Shown one piece after another: positions 52,701-60,564 of a stretch of 64,000 bases of DNA (position 1 is the first letter of the stretch; every line of letters begins with the position of its first letter). The position numbers and the translations under genes were made by a program. A model generated the notes under the pieces. The model worked only from the letters and a program-made list of their open reading frames with translations. It ran no database searches and was not told the origin of the DNA. Source of the DNA: an uncultured Bacilli bacterium (GTDB taxonomy: Bacteria > Bacillota_I > Bacilli_A > RFN20 > CAG-826); assembly GCA_944363565.1 (NCBI GenBank), contig CALVUI010000001.1, positions 494,350-558,349 of the forward strand, given 5' to 3'.

Positions 52701-55091
52701 TTTTAGAACCAAGCCGCGCTTTCGTAGGAATCGTATCAGCCGAGCAATCTCGATCGCATGGCCGGATTCGTATGTCTCGACCGCCTCCGGACACTCATAG
52801 GCGATCGCCGTGTGGCCATATTCCTTGATGACCTTAATCGGGAACAGCTGGTCTGATTTGCCAAACTCCTGGCCATATTTTTCGAGGATTGAGGTATCGA
52901 AATCATCGTAGAAAACCTTGATGACTTCTTTCCCTTTTCGGAATACCGCACCCTCATTTCCCATTCCCAAAAGCGCAGGCAGCGACAATCCGTTGTCTTT
53001 GGCGAGTTTCAGGAACTTCCTTGATGCCAGATATTTGATTTCCATCGACCGGACGAACTCATACGAGGCGATGACCGTTGATTCGTCTAGAAATGCCAAA
53101 GCCTTCCTCACTAGGTTTTTGACGTCGCTTTCGCCAAAGGGTTGGGCGCGGCCAAGAATCTGAAACAAGCCTAAGTCGCGATAAAGCGAATCGATGAGCC
53201 TGACCAACCTCTTTTTGAATTCGGCCGTGAAGTTCTTAAGATACCCTTCTCTGCTCTTCGTCGTGGGGTTTTCCATTGCCTTGGTGAAGCTAGAGCCCAA
53301 TAGGTCCTTTAGGGATTTCTCCGTCTCCCGTCTCATGTCAAACTCCTGGATGGGGCGATCGTGCAATGTGGCGAAGCTCGAGCCCAGCACTTTGTAGCCA
53401 AGGCTCTTGAGCATCTGCACCCAAAAATAATCGCTTCTCCTGGCTATGGTGTTGTTAAAAACGGCGGACAGGTTAGGGACATCCAAAGCATCGCGATTGA
53501 AAATCAGCGTATTGCCACCTCTAGAATAAGGCTCAAACACACTTTCTTCGCCTACAAAGAGTTTGCGGGAGACCCCCTTCCCGGAAAGGATTTCCTCTAA
53601 AGTTTCGCCTTTTCCGATTGGCAACGGGCATTCCAACGCCGTGTGGTCTTCGGAAAGGTCATAGTAATAGTCGCGTTTGCCATAGCAGGAAGTCTGATAT
53701 AAGCCGGATTTGTTTAGCTTTTCGGCATATACGTAATCCACCAAGGAAGTCCGCAAAACAGATAGGGTTGGCAAAGGGGCATCGCCCGAATAGGAACCTA
53801 CCACCACATCGGCTTTCCCAAAGAAATGAGAAGTAACCGCCTTTATATCCAGCGGAATGGTTTTGAAAGCCCCGTTTTCTCGGACGACGCTCATCAAGCG
53901 CATGTCGTCATCGAACACCCAAATGGCATCCCCGTCCTTTGAGTTTTCCTTCAAATAATAATGGAGGATCATCCGCGAACAGGCGATATCCTCGATATGG
54001 CTCCCGCGAATAAGGCTTGGCCGAATATAGTCGGCGTAAGGCATTTTGCCAAGATCTGATTTCGCTTCATTCAAGGAAAAGAGAAGGCCGAGCCGCTCAA
54101 CCCGCTTCCGATATTCGGCGCCGGGATTTTCTCCGTTGAAGAACACAACTACTTTCAAATCTTCGATATTTTGGCTATCAATATCGTCCAGCAAACGGGA
54201 AGACAAGGCTTCATCGGAGGTTATGAACCCGATGACCAGGCGGCCGCCGAACGGTGAATCAGAATATGGTTTGTACGGTTCCCCTTGATATTGCGGGATT
54301 TGATTTGCAACTTCGTCTTTGCTGAGATCCGTGTAACGGAGAGCCCGCTTGAAGAAAGCTTCCTCGATGTTCTCATCCATGATGCCGGCGTACTTAGAAT
54401 AGAAATATGCCAGGCTCTTTTTCTTTCCGGATGAGCTGTTGGTAAGCCTTGGGCGGTCATCGTGGGCATCAACGTCCAATAACGGGTGGGGAATGTAGGC
54501 GACCTTTGGATTGAGCATCATCACGCGGGTAAAGAAATCGCGGTCGGTCGTGCTGGATATCCCTTCATCGAAAGCGCCAGCCATCAAAAGGGTCTTCAAG
54601 CGGATGAAGGTGTTCGATCCTTGAACGTGTGGATTGACCGCCAAAAAGCTCTTCTGGTTGAGTTCCTCGGGCAGGTCTAGGATGAAGTCTTTGCCATCGG
54701 CTAGGTAGTGGATGAGCCCCACCACCATATCGACATCTGGCTTCAATTCGGCGACGCATCTTTCCAAGTAGTCCGCGTGCCAAGCATCGTCGTCATCAAG
54801 GAAGGCAAGATAGGTTTCTTCGTAGGAAAACGTTTTATCCCCGAGATGCTCCTCAAGAAGGTAGTCGATGGCGGTATTCAGGTTCCCACCATAGTTATGC
54901 GCATATTTGTTTCGAATCAGGGTAGCTTTCCCCTTTAGGAATGCCTTTTCCGATTCGAAGTTTTCTTCTATTGAATCGCTAGAGACGATGATTTCGCACG
55001 CCTTCACAGTCTGGCTCAATGCCGAAAGGACCGCGTTCTCCAATAGCTTAGGGCGATCCCTGGTAGCGATTATTGCGATGACTCTCTTCAT
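49755..55091 (-). CDS. Giant 1778-aa multidomain protein: GT-A / GT-A-like / kinase-like / SAM-methyltransferase / GT-A-like / GT-A / SLOG(LOG,TIGR00725)-like
   Basis: Start trimmed to ATG 55089-55091 after GGGAGAG. Motifs, in ORF-track numbering: GT2 IAIIATRDRP...FLDDDD (41-139); VFDDDM (429-434); kinase-like GMGNEGAVF / VIKVF / LKNIKRDNFLI / VDYG (746-854); MTase motif I LLDYGAGKC (937-945); IVVVDG...QTDVDI (1154-1245); GT2 IVFSRGRN...VNVDGDD (1391-1485); C-terminal IIGDAG...NGGMDGVMEA...IGGGSGTLEE (1633-1740). Confidence 0.85.
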   Translation of the reverse strand: MKRVIAIIATRDRPKLLENAVLSALSQTVKACEIIVSSDSIEENFESEKAFLKGKATLIRNKYAHNYGGNLNTAIDYLLEEHLGDKTFSYEETYLAFLDDDDAWHADYLERCVAELKPDVDMVVGLIHYLADGKDFILDLPEELNQKSFLAVNPHVQGSNTFIRLKTLLMAGAFDEGISSTTDRDFFTRVMMLNPKVAYIPHPLLDVDAHDDRPRLTNSSSGKKKSLAYFYSKYAGIMDENIEEAFFKRALRYTDLSKDEVANQIPQYQGEPYKPYSDSPFGGRLVIGFITSDEALSSRLLDDIDSQNIEDLKVVVFFNGENPGAEYRKRVERLGLLFSLNEAKSDLGKMPYADYIRPSLIRGSHIEDIACSRMILHYYLKENSKDGDAIWVFDDDMRLMSVVRENGAFKTIPLDIKAVTSHFFGKADVVVGSYSGDAPLPTLSVLRTSLVDYVYAEKLNKSGLYQTSCYGKRDYYYDLSEDHTALECPLPIGKGETLEEILSGKGVSRKLFVGEESVFEPYSRGGNTLIFNRDALDVPNLSAVFNNTIARRSDYFWVQMLKSLGYKVLGSSFATLHDRPIQEFDMRRETEKSLKDLLGSSFTKAMENPTTKSREGYLKNFTAEFKKRLVRLIDSLYRDLGLFQILGRAQPFGESDVKNLVRKALAFLDESTVIASYEFVRSMEIKYLASRKFLKLAKDNGLSLPALLGMGNEGAVFRKGKEVIKVFYDDFDTSILEKYGQEFGKSDQLFPIKVIKEYGHTAIAYECPEAVETYESGHAIEIARLIRFLRKRGLVLKNIKRDNFLIVNGALRFVDYGKDIVPLTDANYEAEVKRAYEMIRYPNLTVPEYKKVVAMSHLGEDGPLCFGIENFKKLIEIRSKESIHDGYVLKRIAEYHPDSLLDYGAGKCKIINVAHAKTKAAFDIDSSIVRSRANHDVRIIENIEEEHATYDLITCNLVLCATDSAWDEKIVRNIHRLLHEDGHAIISVCDMFFDDVQRTETRQSGYSGQYESEALYGKATPLGIHKDYHKSFGFYENLFRRNGFEIVSVQEDDGVDVDSLNSIGEHLIFDLKKKEAHVLSDCSLLIKCCAMDHEVVDPFIRSMILKLENGACFAERIVVVDGKRTNRNRAYQEDDEAALKSRLESLSKEGLIDRIVSCDNAEGFETYRKYFGKSCTEAYAENGQQLLTTLKGFDAIKTRYVFQTDVDIAYFGNDHDEFYEEFARFSKSQAIVGTASVLHLDEGKTEFGKRVEVRSCFIDLETLESRLPIQNPIKDGKFALPWHRTLDAAIDTNKSIRFHHKGFGFVHFPNGTKKNPNLISAVLNAKKIPAAQYSSVDVVGEEKDWLPQIEDGLIVFSRGRNVELERSKRLLDSISAQNEGFHFIYFDDFSASKNAEYLRMKLTYDPVLKGKSTLVSNARRVSSLANFERMLSMAINPNAIIVNVDGDDALIGESALPTIKNSFDEGADLTVGNCLRFDKPLRRYALESFRSAWDRGGDNIWCHPKCFRRYLAGYIGNNLKDPQGGYIEVATDYAMMLPMVEAARHPKFIDEVIYFFDPSEENKTRTKQYEINKKGKVKAMLLEKAKAMSKKPIVAIIGDAGIKEDDPRYKIAREMGKALIENGYRLQNGGMDGVMEASSRGAHDAKEYEFGDTISILPGSDESEGNIYGDLKVATGMDHKRAELVVDASAVIAIGGGSGTLEEIAVAWETYKLIIAFEGVSGWSGKVANTRIDDRKRYKDIPEDKVFGARTVDEALAVIKAYRERYTKEYQGIKRKKK

Positions 55092-55103
55092 ATTTCTCTC
55101 CCA

Positions 55104-55143
55104 AGAGAAGAAAGGCGACCGACGGGTTCTTCCGCTGGTCGCC
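55104..55143 (-). terminator. Hairpin plus U-rich tract just upstream of the giant gene (terminator of the 150-aa gene or attenuator)
   Basis: GGCGACC/GGTCGCC stem (55114-20/55137-43) with a 16-nt loop. On the minus strand it is followed by UUUCUUCUCUU, which runs into the RBS of the giant ORF. Confidence 0.35.
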
Positions 55144-55241
55144 TGCTTTCGCAATCTAACCAGATGGAAGCAACCCTGAGGGCGCCTGGGCGATCTATTC
55201 AATCTACCTCAGGCGTTTCAGCTTTCATCTACTTTTTTGTT

Positions 55242-55694
55242 TTAATCCAATCCTGCCTCCGATTCCAAACTCAGATCCCAGTAGGAGGCATCCTCCTTGG
55301 CATACTCCAAAATCGAATCGATCTTCTCTTTGGCTTTCTTTAAGCGATAGGCAAGGATATCTCTTTTGGAATGTTTGATATGTTGATCGGAGATGGCGTC
55401 TTCTTTTTCGGCCCTCTCCATGATCTCTGGGCTAAGATCCTGCTCTTGCCTGCTCGAGCATTTGAGATAAGGATCCTCATTATTGATTTTTTGAAGGATC
55501 TGATATTCCTCAAAATCGATTTCACGGCATTCCAAAACGGCATCTTTCTTATGGTGTTTAACCCTTGGAAGCCAGCGGGCAGCTAAAGTAGCCTCATGGG
55601 CGTTCTCTGCCATGATTGGGAAATCGATGCGGATGAATCTGTCGAGGCCAACATGGCCACATTTGCAAGTAACTCTATAGAGTTTTGATTCCAT
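55242..55694 (-). CDS. Hypothetical Cys/His-containing small protein
   Basis: Start trimmed to ATG 55692-55694 (MESKLYRVTCKCGHVGLDRFIRIDFPIMAENAHEATLAARWLPRVKHHKKD). Overlaps the XRE gene 3' end by 20 nt. Confidence 0.6.
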   Translation of the reverse strand: MESKLYRVTCKCGHVGLDRFIRIDFPIMAENAHEATLAARWLPRVKHHKKDAVLECREIDFEEYQILQKINNEDPYLKCSSRQEQDLSPEIMERAEKEDAISDQHIKHSKRDILAYRLKKAKEKIDSILEYAKEDASYWDLSLESEAGLD

Positions 55695-56454
55695 CGGGAT
55701 TTTCGATGAAATCGCGGAGACCAGCCCAGTATTGAAGCAGTTTCTCTGGCTGAACAATGTAGGGATAGCGGATTGGCTTTGCTCTGCCTAAGACAAAGAT
55801 GCCAACTTCGTTTTCCTTCGCATCTGTAATTTCGACTTTTTCGATTTTATCAAGCGGAATATAAATCGTTCCGTCGCCAATATTGCCTGTGTTCAGTCTC
55901 AAAGCCCGGTCATCCAAAACGCCAACATAGACTCGTTCATGCCTATTGATAAAGGTTAGCATCAAGAACAATATGAAAAGGGATAGGCCCATCATAATTA
56001 AGACGATGCCTGCGACAAGCATGAAATCATTGTGTTTTTGTTCAACTGTTGCCCATAGTGCAAGGATAACAGCTCCTACTACACCGACGGCAATGGCAAT
56101 CAATGATTTTATGATGGAGCGTTTTATCTCCTTCTTTTTAAGAAGTTTTTGATAAATGTGATATTTCGTTGTGGAAAATATGTTCTTGCGAACCGCAAAA
56201 CCTTCTTTATTCAAGATCGCTGCCAAGGTCGCCGAGTCATTTAGGTCTAGGCCTTCGTCTAGCAGGGCGTCAAAGGATACATTGAAGATTTTCGCAAGCG
56301 TGCGAATGTTGTCTAACGTCGGTTCGGTGTCACCATTCTCCCATTTTGAGATTGATTGGCGGCTGATTCCGCTTTCAGACAAAGCATAGCCCAATTGTTC
56401 CTGTGACATCCCGCGCGCTTTACGGATAATCCGGATTTTCTCTGCGAGTTTCAT
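55675..56454 (-). CDS. XRE-family HTH protein with two TM helices and a C-terminal PH-like domain
   Basis: 259 aa. HTH IRKARGMSQEQLGYALSESGISRQSISKWENG. Hydrophobic helices IIKSLIAIAVGVVGAVILALW and LVAGIVLIMMGLSLFILFLML. Confidence 0.8.
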   Translation of the reverse strand: MKLAEKIRIIRKARGMSQEQLGYALSESGISRQSISKWENGDTEPTLDNIRTLAKIFNVSFDALLDEGLDLNDSATLAAILNKEGFAVRKNIFSTTKYHIYQKLLKKKEIKRSIIKSLIAIAVGVVGAVILALWATVEQKHNDFMLVAGIVLIMMGLSLFILFLMLTFINRHERVYVGVLDDRALRLNTGNIGDGTIYIPLDKIEKVEITDAKENEVGIFVLGRAKPIRYPYIVQPEKLLQYWAGLRDFIENPDGIKTL

Positions 56455-56743
56455 CTACTTTCCTCCTTTCCGCCAATATTCTCGATTTCATGGGAGTTTT
56501 CGACTACCAACCGAGGATTGGTATTTTGTCAACTCGGAGTTTACATCCGAGGTTTACATGACACTTTTCACATTATATAGCCTTAATAGTTTTCTTCTAA
56601 AAAATATTGAGCCTGCCATGTCGGGATTAAGTCAAAAACCGCGGATCTTCTTACATAAACTGTTCACAGCACTTATAAAAAGCACGCCTCATTGCTTTTT
56701 AAATATTTAAGAGCAAGAGACTTAGGTTATGCCGATTATATAA

Positions 56744-56775
56744 GAAAAAGTCTGCTTGCTCTTTCAAGCAGCAGA
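56744..56775 (-). terminator. Intrinsic terminator after tRNA-Thr
   Basis: ~10-bp stem 56749-56759/56766-56775 with one bulge. On the minus strand it is followed by UUUUU (plus AAAAA 56744-48). Confidence 0.65.
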
Positions 56776-56789
56776 CATTCGTTTCGGGT

Positions 56790-56863
56790 TGGTGCCCCGC
56801 CGCAGAGTCGAACTACGGACTGGTCCTTACCATGGACCCGTTATACCGTTTAACTAGCGGGGC
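56790..56863 (-). tRNA. tRNA-Thr (anticodon GGU), CCA encoded
   Basis: Manual cloverleaf: acceptor GCCCCGC/GCGGGGC, D arm GTTA-AACGGTA-TAAC, anticodon arm GGTCC-ATGGTAA-GGACC, T arm CGTAG-TTCGACT-CTGCG, then ACCA. 74 nt. Confidence 0.9.
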
Positions 56864-56941
56864 ATCGCGCCTTCGCGCGAGACATATCATAGGAAAAGGA
56901 GAAGCGCTTATCAAGGAAAAACTTACGCGGATCCAAAGTCC

Positions 56942-58222
56942 TTAGATCCTGACCCCGATTAGGCGGTGGGGACCGGCCCTTTCGATCCTGACCTTCACCA
57001 CTTCCCCTTCCTTCAAGGGGGTGTCGCTCGTAAAGAGGATATCTCCGTCGATGTCGTCGGGGGCATTGTAGGCAGCCCTCAGGAAATACTTCCCGTCTTC
57101 CTTCCCGACGACGATTCCTTCGAGGACCTTGTCGATCCGCGACCGATTGAGCTCGAGGGAGATCTCGCGGGCGATTTCCAAGTACAAAAGACGTCTTCTT
57201 TCCTTCTCTTCTTCCTCGACCTGGTCCTTCATGTAATAGGCCGCGGTTTTTTCCTCGCGGCTATAGCTGAAGACCCCGACGTGGTCGAAACGGGCTTCCT
57301 TGAGGAAGGCCACGGTATTCTCAACGTCTTCCTCGGTCTCCCCGGGGAAGCCGGCGATCAGGGTGGTCCGGAAATAACTCTCCGGGACCGCGGCTTTAAG
57401 GTCCTTGATGAGCTTGAGGTTACCTTCGACCGTGTCGGTCCTGTGCATCAGTTTCAGGACGTGGTCGCTTCCCGATTGGACCGGGATATCGAAGTAGGGG
57501 ACGATGGACTTGCTTTTGGAAACGAAATCCACGAAGTCCGCTCCGAGTTCGGACGGATAGAGGTAGAGGAGACGGATGGAATAGAAGCCCATTTCGTCGA
57601 GGGCCTTGAGGAGGCCGAGGAAGGAGGGCTTCCCATCCTTGAAATCCTTGCCATAAGCGGCCGGATCTTGGGAGATGATGGCGATTTCCTTCTTTTCTTT
57701 TTCAAGCAAAAGACGGGCTTCTGCGAGGATTTCCTCATAGAGCCGGCTTTTGTAACGGCCTCTGATGAAAGGAATGGCGCAGTAGGAACAGAAATGGTCA
57801 CAGCCTTCCGAGATCCTAAGATACGCGAAATACGGCGCGGTCGCGTAGACCCTTCTTAGGGGATCAAGCGGAGCCACTTCCCCTTCCGGGAACATCTCCT
57901 TGAGAAGGAGGTGGAGGGAAGGATATTCGTCGATCGAAAGGAAGTAGAGGTTCGGGAACTCCTCGACCAGTTCCTTCTTATAGCGTTGGGTCAGACAACC
58001 GGTGACCAGTAGCTTGGCCTTCTTGTAGGAGGCCAAGCGCCTGATCTCCCCTAAGGACTCCTTCTTGGCGGCTTCGATGAAGGCGCAGGTATTGAGAATG
58101 ATGAGGTCGGCTTCCGATAGGTCGGGAGTCAGTTCAAAACCCTCACCGAAAACCGCCTCCATCATCTCGGAGTCGACGAGGTTTTTCGCACATCCTAAAG
58201 AAACAAGGGCGACTTTCTTCAT
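56942..58222 (-). CDS. rimO: Ribosomal protein S12 methylthiotransferase RimO (radical SAM MTTase)
   Basis: 426 aa. N-terminal SLGCAKNLVDSE (RimO type). Radical-SAM CDHFCSYC. C-terminal TRAM-like domain. Confidence 0.85.
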   Translation of the reverse strand: MKKVALVSLGCAKNLVDSEMMEAVFGEGFELTPDLSEADLIILNTCAFIEAAKKESLGEIRRLASYKKAKLLVTGCLTQRYKKELVEEFPNLYFLSIDEYPSLHLLLKEMFPEGEVAPLDPLRRVYATAPYFAYLRISEGCDHFCSYCAIPFIRGRYKSRLYEEILAEARLLLEKEKKEIAIISQDPAAYGKDFKDGKPSFLGLLKALDEMGFYSIRLLYLYPSELGADFVDFVSKSKSIVPYFDIPVQSGSDHVLKLMHRTDTVEGNLKLIKDLKAAVPESYFRTTLIAGFPGETEEDVENTVAFLKEARFDHVGVFSYSREEKTAAYYMKDQVEEEEKERRRLLYLEIAREISLELNRSRIDKVLEGIVVGKEDGKYFLRAAYNAPDDIDGDILFTSDTPLKEGEVVKVRIERAGPHRLIGVRI

Positions 58223-59694
58223 AGGCGCCCGTGCTTATTTAGAAGCTCCTTGCTCTCCAAGAGAGCCTTGCGGATGACTTCCATGTCCTTCTCGCGGTAG
58301 GTCCAGTTGACGTCATCGATGACCCCGGGGACGTTGATCCTCGCTTCGTTGCCTTTTTCTAGGAGGTCGCTGAGGGAAATGATGGCCCACTTGGCCTTGA
58401 GGGAGAGGAGGAACTCGAGAAGCATATGGACGGTCGTGCCTTCGTAACCCTGTTCCTTCAAGGTAGCATCCCACCTTTCCTTTTCCTCGGGTTTCAGTTT
58501 CTCGACGAAGCCCTTCGCGGTGTCGTTGTCATGGGTCCCGACGTAGGCCACCATGTTTTCCTTGTCGGCCCATTCGCCGGACTTGTTGATGAAGGCCGGG
58601 AAGGTGAATTCCACGACGTTCATGCCCGGGAACCCATAATGGTCGCGGAGGACCAAGACCTCGGGCCGGAGGTCGCCGAGGTCCTCGGCGATGATGTTGA
58701 TATTGTGGTACTTGGCTAGCAATTGATCAAAGAAGGCGTAGCCGGGAGCTAGAATCCACTCACCCTCGATGGCGGTCGGGCAGGAAGAGGGAATCTTCCA
58801 ATAGGTATCGAAGGCCCGGAAATGGTCGAGGCGGATGATGTCGTAAAGCTCGGCATTGGAGACGAGGCGGCGGTTGAGGAAGTCAAAGCCGGTCTCCTCC
58901 AGCTTCTTCCAATCGTAGATCGGGTTCCCCCACCTTTGGCCGGTGGCCGAGAAATAATCGGGCGGAACCCCGGCGATGAAGGTCGGCTCTAAGGTTTCGG
59001 GGTTAAGTAAGAAGAGGGAAGGCTCGCTATAGACGTCGCAGGAGTCGTAACCAACATAGAAGGGGACGTCCCCGACGATCGATAGACCCTTGGAGCGGGC
59101 ATATTCATGGAGCCTTTCGTATTGTTCATAGAGGCGCATCTGGAGCCAGACCTCGAAGTAGTAGCGTTTCCCATACTCTCCCTTGGGTTCGGGCATCTCA
59201 ACCCCCATCTTCTTTTCTTCCTCGCTCCAATATTGCCAGCTCTCCATGTTGTGGAGGCGCTTGTTGGCCATGAAGTAGCCGTAATGCTTGGCAAAGGGAT
59301 GGGCTTCCATGAAGGAGAGGAGTTTCTTCTTCCCCTTCTTGATATCCTTTTCATAGGCCTTTTGGAGATATGGGAACTTGTAGGCCCTGATGTCCTCGTA
59401 GGCGATCTTCTCGTCATCCTGGTGGAAGGGGGCCGGTTCCTCGATCAGGCCGTCTTTGGCGAGGGCCGCGAGGTCGATATAGAGCTCCTCGATGGCGTAG
59501 GAGGAAAAGGGCTGGTAAGGCGAATGCCCATAGCCCAAAGGATTGAGGGGCAAGATCTGCCAGATCTTGTAGCCGCTATCGGCGAGGGCGTCGACGAACT
59601 CGTAGGCGCTATGCCCGAAATCCCCGACCCCATATTTGCTAGGTAGCGAGGCAATGGGGAACAAAATCCCCGCACATCTAAGGTTTTTATCCAT
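58219..59694 (-). CDS. malQ: 4-alpha-glucanotransferase (amylomaltase)
   Basis: 491 aa. GILFPIASLPSKYGVGDFG, LDHFRAF and GTHDNDT motifs of GH77. Confidence 0.92.
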   Translation of the reverse strand: MDKNLRCAGILFPIASLPSKYGVGDFGHSAYEFVDALADSGYKIWQILPLNPLGYGHSPYQPFSSYAIEELYIDLAALAKDGLIEEPAPFHQDDEKIAYEDIRAYKFPYLQKAYEKDIKKGKKKLLSFMEAHPFAKHYGYFMANKRLHNMESWQYWSEEEKKMGVEMPEPKGEYGKRYYFEVWLQMRLYEQYERLHEYARSKGLSIVGDVPFYVGYDSCDVYSEPSLFLLNPETLEPTFIAGVPPDYFSATGQRWGNPIYDWKKLEETGFDFLNRRLVSNAELYDIIRLDHFRAFDTYWKIPSSCPTAIEGEWILAPGYAFFDQLLAKYHNINIIAEDLGDLRPEVLVLRDHYGFPGMNVVEFTFPAFINKSGEWADKENMVAYVGTHDNDTAKGFVEKLKPEEKERWDATLKEQGYEGTTVHMLLEFLLSLKAKWAIISLSDLLEKGNEARINVPGVIDDVNWTYREKDMEVIRKALLESKELLNKHGRL

Positions 59695-59697
59695 GAT

Positions 59698-60564
59698 TTA
59701 TCTATAGGCCGTAGAGGCCTTCCTTTCCTTGAGGAAAATATTAAACCGCGCCTTCATTTCCCGCAAACGGGCTTTGGTGTCGCGGTAATCGAAGATCGAA
59801 CTAAAGCCAAGGCCGATGAAGGGCCCGAAGACAAGTAAGGGTACGGCGGCCCAGATGGCCGGCACAAAGTAGAGAACCCCATCGATGTAGAAATGGGGCA
59901 ATAGGAAGTAGAGGGGCCTCAGGACATCGAGGGTCGAGCCCGGCCCGTTGGCAAGGGCCCCGTTACGGTAATCGCGACTCAAAATATCAAGCCACGTGGC
60001 CTCAGTCAGACCGGCCAGCTTCAGGCAGACCTCATTGAGGAAGACGGTTCCCATATGGGCCATGAAGAGGAAGGAGAAGGTCCAGGCATCCCGGACGTCG
60101 ATCTTGACGATCTTCGCATCGAGCAGAAGGATCGGGACCGTCACCAAGGGGAAGTGGCAAAAATAGAAGCGTATGGCCTCCAGCAAGTTCTCCATCTCAT
60201 AGAGGGGCTCCCCCAATATCGTCGAGGGATAGAGATAGACCAAGGTCCCGGAGATGATGGAAATGAGGGCGGTGTAGCCCTTCAAAAACCGCGGCCCGAA
60301 GAGATAGATGAAGGGGCTCAGCATGATGGTGACCGCGCAGAGGTTTTCGCCGGTCGAGGTCCGCCAAGAATAAGGGGCGTCGGCCAGGTAATAGGGATTG
60401 AGTTGCTTCAAGAAGTGGAGGGCGAAATTGACCCAAAGGAGGCTAAAGCAGAGGATGTAGGCAAAGCGCGGACCCTTCTTTCGGCAGAGGACCATCAAAA
60501 AGGCGGTGCCGAAAATCAGTAGCAAAACGAGAAGGACGTATGGGAGGTTGCCGATCTCGATCAC
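59698..60564 (-). CDS. Polytopic integral membrane protein
   Basis: 288 aa with about 7-8 hydrophobic segments. Sits within the gal/mal sugar operon. Confidence 0.7.
   Translation of the reverse strand: MIEIGNLPYVLLVLLLIFGTAFLMVLCRKKGPRFAYILCFSLLWVNFALHFLKQLNPYYLADAPYSWRTSTGENLCAVTIMLSPFIYLFGPRFLKGYTALISIISGTLVYLYPSTILGEPLYEMENLLEAIRFYFCHFPLVTVPILLLDAKIVKIDVRDAWTFSFLFMAHMGTVFLNEVCLKLAGLTEATWLDILSRDYRNGALANGPGSTLDVLRPLYFLLPHFYIDGVLYFVPAIWAAVPLLVFGPFIGLGFSSIFDYRDTKARLREMKARFNIFLKERKASTAYR

Noticed and set aside
55092-55202. Upstream extensions of ORF-track starts (55092..55202, 10346..10531, 43578..43745, 24232..24312, 3336..3443, 9662..9736, 12617..12751, 61734..61805 and others)
   Set aside because: The extensions begin at weak or alternative start codons, encode Arg/Pro-rich junk or the antisense of neighbouring genes, and precede an internal ATG with a good RBS and a canonical family N-terminus.
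46400-56790. Integrase and att direct repeats for the tRNA-Thr-adjacent island
   Set aside because: I looked for a tyrosine/serine recombinase ORF and for a copy of the tRNA 3' end near the left boundary and found neither. The island call therefore rests only on composition and gene content.
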